Assembly (NCBI GenBank): GCA_030141605.1
Contig: JAQGDQ010000177.1
Coordinates: 124,001-188,000 of the forward strand
DNA: 64,000 nt
From: Tubiluchus corallicola
Taxonomy: Eukaryota > Animalia > Priapulida
Direction: 5' to 3'
This document shows, piece after piece, positions 1 to 60,326 of the stretch; position 1 is the stretch's first letter, and each line of letters opens with the position of its first letter. The notes under the pieces are model-generated. The model made no database searches. It had not been told where the DNA came from and saw only the letters and a list, made by a program, of their open reading frames with translations. The position numbers and the translations under genes are program-made.

Positions 1-265
1 CTAGTCTCCTTGTCAAGCAACAATTTTTCTTGAAGTTCTTTGTTTTACAAAAGATTTGCAAATGTGCATTGGATGGACACGGACACTTTTTTCAATCGAA
101 TTATTATCTTCATGTTAGTGTGTCAATACTAAAAAGAGTCTCTTTTGTAAATTACAAAATTACAAATTTGTAAATTACTCAAAGCCTTTTAATGGACTTT
201 CCATAATCCACTCCTTTAGCAGTTTTAAAACGTACAGCTCTTACACCAGGAAGCTTTACATAAAC

Positions 266-713
266 CAGGGGTGTGCAAATTATCTGACTAGCCGGGCCAC
301 ATTAAACTTTCCCGCAATTCAGGCAGTTTGATCAAGGAGCCAAGTGCAGAATGTCTAATAACGATTTTTTTGCATCCTACCTGCGTACATCATTACTACT
401 ACACTCAAGAAACTACTTTAGAAGTTATTAAAATTTATAGTACAAACCATATATTTCTACTTTCAGGACAGATAGTGGTAATTTCATTACAATGCATATT
501 AGTAATGAGTATCACACAGTCTGTGTAGTACAGTGACATTAAGCTACAACGATCTTGTAAGGGTTAATGGCATCCGATCTAGTAGAAAAAACTACCCGCA
601 CTGTCTTTGGGATCGTGGCACGGACTTCAGCTGGATACACTCAATTAATCACCCGGGCTGCACTTTCATTAGGTTGGCAAATCTCTTCGCGGGCCGCAAT
701 TTGCACATCCCTG
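266..713. mobile_element. hAT-type non-autonomous DNA transposon (MITE)
   Basis: TIRs caggggtgtgcaaatt / aatttgcacatccctg, flanked by an exact 8-bp TSD acataaac (258-265 and 714-721). Confidence 0.85.
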
Positions 714-920
714 ACATAAACCAAACCTGGTGATGTAGTTGGAGGCCGTTACAAAAAAAATGAGACCAAACTTAGATCTGAATCCCAAATAAACTGCACA
801 CAAGTAAATTAGACAAATTATTAACGAAATTCATTTATGGCAAAAAATTAAATTATGCTATCCTTCACTGGCAAATAGAACTGCATTTCTGCCATAATTA
901 TAAAGTAAAGTCATATTTTT

Positions 921-1514
921 TTAAACTGTAGGTCAAAACAATCTACTATTTAAAATATTGAATAAAAACATACTATTTTTTCAAAAATGACTTACATGAA
1001 AGAATTATTGCCACACAAACATAATTTCGCATTCGCGCCACTAGTTCTTCGCTGTTATATGCTTTTCTCCGTTCGCTAGTTAGACGAGCACTAGGGGCTG
1101 CATTTTGGAAACAAATTGCACGAAAAAAACAGATGCTGTACCTCTGATTTCAGATGTGTTAGTTTGTGACAAACTACACATGTTCAACAGCTCAAGCGGT
1201 AAATTTGTAATTTGAATTTTTATCTTAAAACTTGCCTTGTTTTAGTACAACACACTAAACATCTTACAGTAGCACTGTACTTCACTTTTATCTTTCGCAA
1301 ACACGTGCAACACACTCGTGGAATATTTTTGCGTTGAAAATTATGTTAGTTTGTGATGTCATCAATAATTGGGCTCGCCCGCCGATAATTAAATTTTTAA
1401 TATATTTTTTAATTATCAGAAACGCTTTTGCAGTATTATTTGTGTTAAAATGTATACTTTTTATCAGACTTGAAAATGAGATAGTATATGAAAAATCATC
1501 ATGTCTGCCTTTAA
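921..1514. mobile_element. Dispersed ~590-bp repeat with TTAA ends (Kolobok-like MITE), copy 1
   Basis: Clear homologs at ~26125-26711 and ~62430-62935. It starts ttaaactgtaggtcaaaacaatctact and ends ctgcctttaa. The superfamily call is tentative because the TIRs are weak. Confidence 0.7.
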
Positions 1515-1757
1515 GCAACATGAATCAACCACACCAAGCACATGTGTTAAAGAGTTAGTTTATGAACAATGACACGGTTCTGAATGACCCACAATTAATT
1601 AAATTCTGATACAGGAATTGTGAAAAAGTTGGAACACAGCCTGGATTTGGACATTAGAATCAGAAGCTCCTTTTTCACGTTTCTCTTTCTGAAGTTTGGT
1701 ATCAGAATACAATTAATCATGAGTTTGTACCATCATTCACAATAATCTTGATATTAA

Positions 1758-2366
1758 CCCTTTCACTACGGAAGGCGGCACACCGCCGCCTATTTTTTCA
1801 TGCAAGGGACGGCAGGCGGTAGACTGCTGCCCAAGATCAGCACTAAGCACAAGCACCCAGGTCTGTGTATTTCACTTCTACGGTCATGCAAGAACATTGT
1901 AGAATGGTTTAACAACCGCGGGATTAGGCTTGCTTTACATCAAGTAATGCAAACCAGCCAGTCAGCGTCTGAAGCCAGGTGCATTCCACGATACTGCACT
2001 GTACGGTATATTACCATGCAAAATCACTTGTATATCGTTGATGAAACGTATGTTTAATTGATTGTTCTGCATTTTTACAAAATGACTGCATATTATGGAT
2101 TAGTATTGTGTTTTTGTGAAAACTGATTTCTAAATATAAGTACATGCTTATTTATGATTGTCTGCAAGAGTGTGTGTGGAAAAGTGCATGTTTGTGTGCT
2201 CGCATGTGTAGAAATAAAACTAATACTTTAATATTAGTACTTAATAACAAACACCTGTTTGTTTATTTACAAGATTCTGTTTTAGTAACACACCACAAGA
2301 AGTTACTGTCACATGTACAAAAATCTATGTGGCCCAGTTAAAAAGCAACAACGTAGTGATTAAGGG
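1758..2366. mobile_element. piggyBac-like MITE
   Basis: TTAA|ccctttcactacg ... cgtagtgattaaggg|TTAA: CCC/GGG termini, imperfect TIR and TTAA TSD. Confidence 0.75.
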
Positions 2367-2422
2367 TTAACATTATAGTAATTAATTGAACCCTCATCTA
2401 ACTACAATATAACATAACAAAC

Positions 2423-51201
<48,779 letters not shown>

Positions 51202-51223
<22 letters not shown>

Positions 51224-51317
51224 TGCATGAGTTTCTCAATCATTGTAAAAACTGTTCCATATGGTCAATACCCAGGTGCACACATCAGTTCATTCTGGCA
51301 CGGATCTTTCCTGGGAA
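51202..51317 (-). CDS. Start-codon exon of the RhoGEF-like gene (5' UTR plus MSEVSTD, ATG at 51223)
   Basis: Acceptor aattttccag, donor ACA|gtaagt in phase 1. There is an in-frame upstream stop, and the N-terminus length matches ARHGEF28/AKAP13. Confidence 0.7.
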
Positions 51318-54300
51318 CTGGAAAATTAAAGAGCAACACATTTAACTATCACATTTTAATTTCAAATGAAACCACAGAAACAAGGCATACTTACTCTTAC
51401 CAGCAGTTCTAATTCTACCAGCAGTTTTTCTTGACTTTTTTATCATGTGACCAATATATTTTTGTGAAACAATACAATCAAACCTCTTTATAAAGCCAAG
51501 TGCGGCACACCACTAAATTGGGCATTATAGCAAGACTGGCCATAGGGTACAGGCAAAGTTTACCAAACATCAGTATCAAGAGTGATGGTTTTATTGCACT
51601 GTGTCCATAATTAAAGAATTTTTTAATTTTTTAATTACACTACCAAATCAAAAATAATTGATGCTAAAATATTTTGCGCTAATGTCATGGCAGGCTACAA
51701 AGTGTTTACCTCAATTAAAAAAAGCTGAAACCTGGTTGTTTAGAAGAAATGTTCACCACAATGCATTTTAAATGCCGACATTTAGCTAAATACATAGCCT
51801 CGAGTGCTATTTACATGCAGAATTTCAATAGCGCAATGCCAATAATATGCAGATTTTTCAAGTAATGTCCATTTACAAGCTTACAAATTTATTGCCTTTA
51901 TACTACCAGGTACCAAGCTTGATTCACAAAGTAACCGCTAAACAAATACTGGAGGCAATCTATGATGAAAACATGCTTATCAATTTGCTATCGTAATTTA
52001 GAGAACAAGTTTAAATACCTATTACAGTACCTATTATTATTAAATACATATTCATTATTTTTCTGTTGAAATCGAAATAACTTTTTGCTGTATAATGATT
52101 GGTTAGCATTGGTAACTCATAGTGCAGTGAGCAGCTGGTATTCTAATGGGGTTGGTTTATATTGCATAATGAAAGAATAGACTGTTAGAACAGGAACTGC
52201 ACTGGCAGATGACAAGCAATATCGATGATTTCATAAATTTAATACATTAGAAAAATTGGAACAAGACAAAGACTTGCATTATGGTGATGCTGGTGTTATA
52301 GAAGAGGCATTATAATGAAGTTTGAATGTAACCTTATTTAAACGTAACAATGCAATAACACATATCGTGCATTTAAAACTACTACTTTTAGCCTAACATA
52401 CAAGGTTAAAAATAATACACAGAATATACACCTATAGGCGTATAGGCATGAAGAAATGCAAAATACTGCACCGAGCATGAATATTCATTACTAATACTAA
52501 ATGCTGCCACCTGGTTGTCAAACACTTCAAGTTGAACTTTGATCACTTACTGGTAAACAAGGAAATTGCCCACTATATTTTGGACAGTTACAGTTTTGGG
52601 CTGTTATCTAAGTATAAAATTTCTTAGCTATTCCACTTTGCATATCTTGAAATTCCTACTTCGTTAAACTCAGTACATGCAACTCTCTTCTCTAACTTAT
52701 TGTTTTATAACTGCGAATGCTAAACTTTGTAACCAAACCAATCTGATTCTACTTGCTAAAGTGGTAACACATACAATAACATTCACCTTGCCATTTAAAT
52801 TACCTTGAAATTGCAACCAATGATTTGTTTTTTACTTGTGTGATATCAATTGTCTACACCAACCATATTAGGTAGACCTATGGTTCCTGCTCAAGAGAGC
52901 CTGCTGTGTGAAATTTACTGTACTGCTAAATAGTAAGATAAAACCTTGGGGATTACCCGTGCGTGCTTTGATGGCCTTTGCAAATCAAATGATCACCAAA
53001 TTTTGCAGAGCAGAGCCTAGTATACTCAGTGCTCAATTTGGCTGATTTTGGTATGTCAACCACTGACACTATAATATATGATTTCACATCTACAGTGAAT
53101 GACAAATGTTCACTGAATCTTAAACACATTTGCAAAGAAATCACAAAAAGTAGGAACAATATATCTATAAATAATATCTTATATACTTGGGCAAATATCT
53201 CTTTACTTGCTTTTTTTGACACTTTACAAAATTCTAGATATAATTGAAATGTATTGAATGCACACTATAGTGCCAAAGAGGTCATATCAGTTATAAATGC
53301 ATCATAAGGTTTTTCTAATTAATGTTCTAAATGACATATCCTGGCATTTAGGCAAAAAACTAAATAAATGAGTAACCTAATGCTTCACATTCCGGACCAG
53401 TTTGACAATATTATGATGGTCACTGATGACGGTTATAAGCTAGCAAACACGTTAGAACAGTGAGCGATGACAATGCCCAGTACATTCCTGAAAAGAAGTA
53501 AAGCTGTTTCAATAGTGGAGTGCTCTTTCAAAAAGAACTCTGAAATACACCCTCCCCATTTCGTTAAGAGGGCGTCTCTCTAAACGAACATTCACACTAT
53601 GTAGATCATTTTGTCCCTTAACAGGGGAATGTGCTTATTTTTTCAGAGTTGCCCAAACGATTTAAAAATGGTTTTCTTTGGCTGCTTGCACACTTTTTCC
53701 AAAAATTACGGCAGTGAATCTCACAAGAAACCAAACTATACACCCATGCTGAAAGTTGTTTTCAGTGATGCATAGCAATCCACCTCTTGTAATTCCATTC
53801 TTCTCGTCCTAGTTTTATGTCTTGCAAAAAATGAGTAAAAAATGCCACTTTTAAAGTCATTCCTCCCGGATGACCAGGATCCAAAAATCAACCTATACGA
53901 ACCAAGAGAGACAAAGGCAGTCCATTTGAATTGAATAGAATAATTTATGCTAACACTTTGATACATAATTTGTCGCAAATAGTTTAGTAGTTTTGGAAAA
54001 AATGGCACATTATAAAAATCCATAAATAAATAAGCATGCCGTATAAATATCGAAACAGATAAAGATTTAAAATTAATTTCGCAGGTAATTTCGATCGTAA
54101 ATCGTATTACCTCTGTATATAGAAGACTGCGCCAAAATGCACCCAACATAAGAACTAATGACTAATGTGTGCCAGTGCAGGTACCAGATTGTATGCAAAT
54201 ATTTTAAGCAATGTAATACAACTTCAGATAATAATAACAAGTATAAAGGTGCAATGACAGGGGCATATTCAGCCCCAATTACAACCTTACAAGCTAGCAC

Positions 54301-54439
54301 TACTACAGCCTATCACTCACACTGATTCAGCGATACATCTAAACATGAAAAGTAATTTGCTTGTGAAGTGTAAAGAGACTTAAAGCACAAGAAAACCCTT
54401 CATAAACATAAAGCTTGAAAAACTCTCTTTAAAATTTTA

Positions 54440-55066
54440 TATCACTTACATACTGCCTTTTTGCACGCAAGCCTTCAATTGGCAGTCATGCTGTATAAAA
54501 CATGTAAATTTAAACTCCCACAATGACCGTTAGACGCAGCCATTTTCGCGACAGGTCATTTGAAACAAGTTTAGATAACATTTTGTAAAGTTTGAAAAAA
54601 TAATCAGAGCATTCGTAGCGCACAAGTCACTAACTAAATTAAATTTAAAATTACTGTACCTTGTCAATAAGATTAAAAATATGCTTTTTGGTTAGTGAGT
54701 GGTACACCCTGTAGGGTAAGTCAGCAACATTTTACCAATTGGTGAAAACATTTTAAATAATTAATAATTTTCTTTTCTAGTTACATAAATCTCTCTAGCA
54801 GGTAAGCGAAAATCTAAGTAATATAGATTTGCACGGAAAGTCTTTGAGATATAATTTAACATTGGCTTTTCTTCCCTTGATTTACGTTTGGTACATGACA
54901 TCATGTAATGGCGACTTCGGAACAGTATTGCGGGATATTTAAAATGAAAACAAACTAAAATTCCCTTAAGTGCGAGTACGATATATGCATAAAATTGCTA
55001 TAAAGTAATATAATTTTTTAAGGCGATTTTTCTGAAACCTACTTCAGGTACCCCTTTTCTTGTCCT
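54440..55066. repeat. Dispersed ~640-bp repeat, copy 2
   Basis: Collinear with 18470-19110. Confidence 0.75.
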
Positions 55067-55089
55067 TTAATCATAACACGGTTTTTGAC

Positions 55090-55440
55090 GGTTTCTCCTC
55101 AACAATTTGCAAAATTGAGGCAGATTTGATACATCAATAGTTTCATTAAAAATGAATTCCAAGAACCCACAACATGAGAAGAGAAGCAATGGGCTCTGAT
55201 ATTAGTGTGAGAGTACTGTACAAATAATTTAGAATTGTGTCCATGTAAATCACGTAGTGGTGTAAGAAACAAATTTACCGCTACGCAAAGTAGAACTACT
55301 ACTAATAACTTTATCACAGTTAATAAGATCTATAGTCTCACGGCGTTGTTCAAGAGAGAAGATACAAAGTTAGGCTGACTGTCAGAGGCCAGGCTAATAC
55401 ACCTCCATCGAGTTCTTTCTAAAACATTTTAAATTATTGT
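55090..55440 (-). mobile_element. Decayed CR1-like LINE 3' fragment
   Basis: LHGHNSKLFVQYSHTNIRAHCFSSHVVGSWNS resembles the CR1 ORF2 C-terminal RGH..KL...R..FS.RVV..WN.L motif. Confidence 0.6.
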
Positions 55441-55756
55441 GGTGACCAAACAACGCACGCATAGTATTATTATTATTAGACAGTCCTAGGAACATAATTA
55501 TTCGTACATCTATGAATCTGAGTCACTAATATGTGATATACGTGCAAGAACCCGAATTTTTCTAACAACACCCCATTAGTTTAGGCTTTACGGCTAATGA
55601 CGTCCAACTCTATTGAATTTCAGTTAACGCACAACGTCACCCCTGTCTTACAAATACTTACGTGTGTGTTGTAATCTCTGCACGATTAAATATTTCCTTG
55701 TCGCTACAATCAGCAAACAAAACTTAAGTTTCATGTAAACGACTCACAAAACTTAC

Positions 55757-55821
55757 CTGCACCAAAAAAGTACTAACAGGTGGACTGGTAGACTAGAGGT
55801 AGACACAGCTGGTGCTGCCCT
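55757..55821 (-). other. Candidate non-coding 5' UTR exon of the RhoGEF-like gene
   Basis: Acceptor tttttggtaacag and consensus donor CAG|gtaagt enclosing 65 nt. Confidence 0.5.
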
Positions 55822-57089
55822 CTGTTACCAAAAATTAAACAGAAAATGAATGACTTAATCAAAAAATTTGCCTCAATTAATTGAAATCTCCTATGTTAAT
55901 AATAGTTTATTGTCATTTTGTCAATACACCATGTGTTACAGAAATCCACTTATATCACAATCCAACAGTCAAAACTATGATAGTCCTCTACACTGTGGCC
56001 ACTCAAAGCCACGTACTGTAGTTAATAGAAACTCATCATAATGCCCATTACGTCTGTTATACGGACATCGTGGATATACTGGATTATCTTCAATAAAATC
56101 AGAGAGCAAACAGGCATTAACAAAAGGTGTCTGTTTGAAAGATCAATTACACGAATTTACTTTACTTGTAAACCACACTGTAGGCCAACCTATAGATGTT
56201 TCACTTTGTTGTAACTAACAGTTTCCTCATCATTGATTACAATTTTAATTACAATGCCTCGTTAAAATGCATTCTAACTTTTTAAAATTAATTTTATCTC
56301 TATTTGAGCTGCTTTTGTACTGCACTGACAGGCCCATTTTATTGGTACATATTGTTTGATATGTTATTCCGTTGTATCCCCTTCTCTGTAACAATGAATA
56401 CTGAACACTAAACCCATACTTATAAGTTTTTAAAATTCGCTTTAACATTCTACTATATTAAGCCTTAAAGACATAATTTCCTTCATTTCATCTAATCAAC
56501 GTTTTTCAACACAGACTTGTTCTTTGGAAACTATTGTTTTTAGGGCTTGTTAGTTTACCGATGTATTAATCGAGCTGGCAGCATTCTAAAATAAAATAAA
56601 TATGCCCTCAAAACAGGTAAACACAGCAGTTAGTCCAGCAAGAAGCTATAAGCACTGCTATGCTAGTGGCTTGTCAACACCACTTCCAAGTTTACAAATA
56701 TACTTGTAATTAATTTTAATATCGATTGTTGATAAATTCTTCATAGAATTTGATTATAATGCTTGTTATTATGTTTGTGCATTCTATCTAAAGATACTTT
56801 GGACTTTGTCAGTCTCACTTATTAAAGTCTTTCACCCAGAAAAAGTAATAGAGTACATTCATAGTTCTAAGCTAGTGTAATTTTGTGGTTCTAGTTTTCA
56901 GATTTTTTGTTGTCGTTCAACTGTGAGTAGTTAAGGTGACTGGGCTATAAATATGAAAACAGCTTTGAATAAATGTTAATTATTAAAACAGTATTTGAAA
57001 ATGAAAGGCAACCCAGCTAACCATGAGTGCTATTGTACGTGCAGACTGCAACTTCTGCTTATTCCCATACATTTTTAAATATTGTGGCA

Positions 57090-57267
57090 TCGCCTGCAGA
57101 TGGCACCACCGTCGATGAATGAATCAATTATTACGAAGAGCAAAACCATGGAAAAAAAGGTTTGCGTAGTCAATAGCGATGTGTTTCACCTGAATAATTT
57201 GTGAATTAAGCGATTATTTTTTATCTAATACAGCAATTTACGGAAAGAACGCGAATGTTTTCAAAGA
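57090..57267. promoter_or_regulatory. Probable compact bidirectional promoter region (RhoGEF-like gene / CIAO2A)
   Basis: Locally CpG-richer segment. A minus-strand donor CAG|gtgaaa at 57190 lies under 80 bp from the CIAO2A ATG at 57268. Inferred from gene geometry only. Confidence 0.4.
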
Positions 57268-60200
57268 ATGTCAGAAAATGCCGTGATAAAAGGATGTAGT
57301 GAGTCCGAAACTATTGAAGAAGTGTTTGGTAAGTGAACTCGGCTTTTTCTTACCTTCAACGATCGGGGCGCTAAGCTTTTTCGCCCATAGTAGGTGGAAG
57401 CCTTTGATTTTCTGCCAATAGGGTCCATTCAGGCTGAAATAGGCCGTGATACATTTCAGGATGGTTTTTTCCAATTGTGATTCAGTTGTGACTAAAGTAA
57501 AGTTTGAAGCATCAGTAGCGCACCATACCCTTAGTATTCAATAAATTCCAATCATTGACAGTCCTGAACTTCCTGGTTCTGCATCTGGGCTTAATAACTT
57601 TATATTCAGTACCTCTCGTAGATTATTAACAAAATAACGAGCTACTGGATGTAAAGCCAATAAGCCCAGATGCAGAAACAGGAATAGGTTTATGTTCAGG
57701 AGTGTCAATGATTGAAATTTTTGGGCAGCCTACTGAATCAGTAGTTTAACTTGTCCATTTTCCAAAGTTTAGTTTATTCCAAAGTAAGTATAATGCTAAT
57801 CTTCTACGTAAGTACAATATCTGTTATGGATAAAATTAGTGTTTTACTGCTGTTTTCAGTTATAACATTTTGGAAAATCATTGTGTATTTGTGATTTTAT
57901 AAGTTGGAATCTAATGGTCTTTAGTTTATAATTCTAGCATTTCGTTCTTCATTTTGGTTCCTTTAATATCGTTAAGCTACCCCCTCAAATTTTTGTCGAG
58001 GATGTATTATTATATAGTATATGTATATATATTAGTATGCATGTAGGTAATGACTAATGTTTAGGAAACGTAATTCAATAAAAAAGCAAACATGTATATG
58101 TATATATACATAGACATGTTTGCTTTTTTATTGTGTAATCATGTTAATGTTACAGTTAGAGGTGACTGACTGGGTTATCATATGGTGTTTTGTTTCCTGT
58201 GCTCGTCTTTGTCTGTATAATATGCGCTAACATCTTAACTACTGTATTAAGTTTGTGAAGCCAAATAAATTTACTATTACTATTACTATTATTAATTACT
58301 ATATTGGAAGAATTACAGCATTCTATTGTTTTGTTATTTTAGTTTGTTAGAAAGATGGGTGAGTTCTTTAGCTTACAAGTTTCAACTTGTCAAGTTTAAT
58401 ATTATTATATAGGTATTATACGAAGCATTAGAGATCCAGAGAAGCCAGAAACCCTAGAGGATTTAAAAGTTGTATCCGAGGACAACATATCGGTGCACTC
58501 ACTAGAAAACCAGTCTTTGCAAATAAAAGTTCTGTTTACTCCAACCTCATCTCACTGCCATCTTGCGACACTTATAGGTAAAATTTGTGTTGATAATTTA
58601 CTATGCAAAAAATTGTGTTGAATGGGCAAATAATTTCTTGTTAATTTATATTCTCTATTTATTACTTTTTTGGCCATAGTTACCCTAACATCTTTAGATA
58701 CATTTTGAATAGATTTGTAATGGAAATGTATTCCAATCGTACCAAAAATTTGCCAAAACCCTTCAATAAGAAAGCAGTTGTATGAACATTATTAATTCGA
58801 TTAGCAGATTAGCTTGATTTTTGAAATGGTATCTGTGTTTGGAGCCACACAATTTAATGTGGGGTAGGCATTAATAAACGAACAACAAATGAATGATAGA
58901 GCTTGCCTTTGTAGCTCACCTAAGTCCTAGTCAGTTCAGTCAGTAAGGACTTTCAGTACTGTAAACAGATGAATGCTAGGTCTTGCCTTTGTAGCTCACC
59001 TAAGTCCTAATCAGTTCAGTCAGTAAGATCTTTCAGTGTTGTAAACAGATGAATACTAGGTCCTGCCTTTGTAGCTCACCTAAGTCCTAATCAGTTCAGT
59101 CAGTAAGGACTTTCAGTACTGTAAACAGATGAATGCTAGGTCTTGCCTTTGTAGCTCACCTAAGTCCTAATAGTTCAGTCAGTAAGATCTTTCGTGTGGT
59201 CTGCCTTTGTAGCTCCCTAAGTCCTATCAGTTCAGTCAGTAAGCTTTCAGTTGTAAACAGATGAATCTAGGTCTGCCTTTGTAGCTCACCTAAGTCCTAA
59301 TCAGTTCAGTCAGTAAGATCTTTCAGTGTTGTAAACAGATGAATACTAGGTCCTGCCTTTGTAGCTCACCTAAGTCCTAATCAGTTCAGTCAGTAAGATC
59401 TTTCAGTGTGTAAACAGATGAATGCTAGGTCTTGCCTTTGTAGCTCACCTAAGTCCTAATGAGTTCAGTCAGTAAGATCTTTCAGTGCTGCAAAGTGTAC
59501 TGTCTTTTCACGGTAACATTAAAAATAATTTTTCACACATACAAATGATTAAAATATACTATCTCATACACTCGTTTTTTGTTCATCACATAATATTGTT
59601 CAACAGATGTATATATTTGATGTGTGACTGTGAACAGCTGACCATCTGTACTATAATTAGGTAAAAATTTTCAATTGACTATAATTCGTTATAACGTGTT
59701 TAATAATAGCAAAACCCATCATTAATTGAGTTTTTCATCATTCTGCCAGGTATGCTAAAAACGCTTTATGTGTTTCTTCTTGGGAATTTTTCAAAAGTTT
59801 CCTTGAAGTTCTATAAGCAAGTTATAAAGAATATCATTTTTCTGAGACGTTTTCAGTAATGTAACAGCCTCCTCAAGCTTGTCATACACACATTGCAGAA
59901 CATCATCAGATGGTAATAGCATCCCGTCATCATCCAGAGTGTGACAAGAAGGTGCATTTATCAAACATTCACTGGCTTCTCCAAAGATGTTGGCCAATTT
60001 TTCTTCTTTTTCTACAAAAAAAAAACCAATGAATATAATATCTTTTTTTTGTCAAATTTGCTCTTCATTAGTTAGATTACTGCGAGAAATGAATTTTAGT
60101 TAGATTTTCTTTTTACTAATATCAACATTGTTTTACTCACCTCCTGATGCTGTGACCCTGTACTTCTCCAAAATTCGTATTTCTGGTTCTAAGATAGGGC

Positions 60201-60286
60201 AGTTGAGTTTACTCAGTCTCCGCTCAATAATTACAGCTGGATCATTTGTTACATCCTACCATAAGAAATAAGACTATTATGAGAGA

Positions 60287-60326
<40 letters not shown>

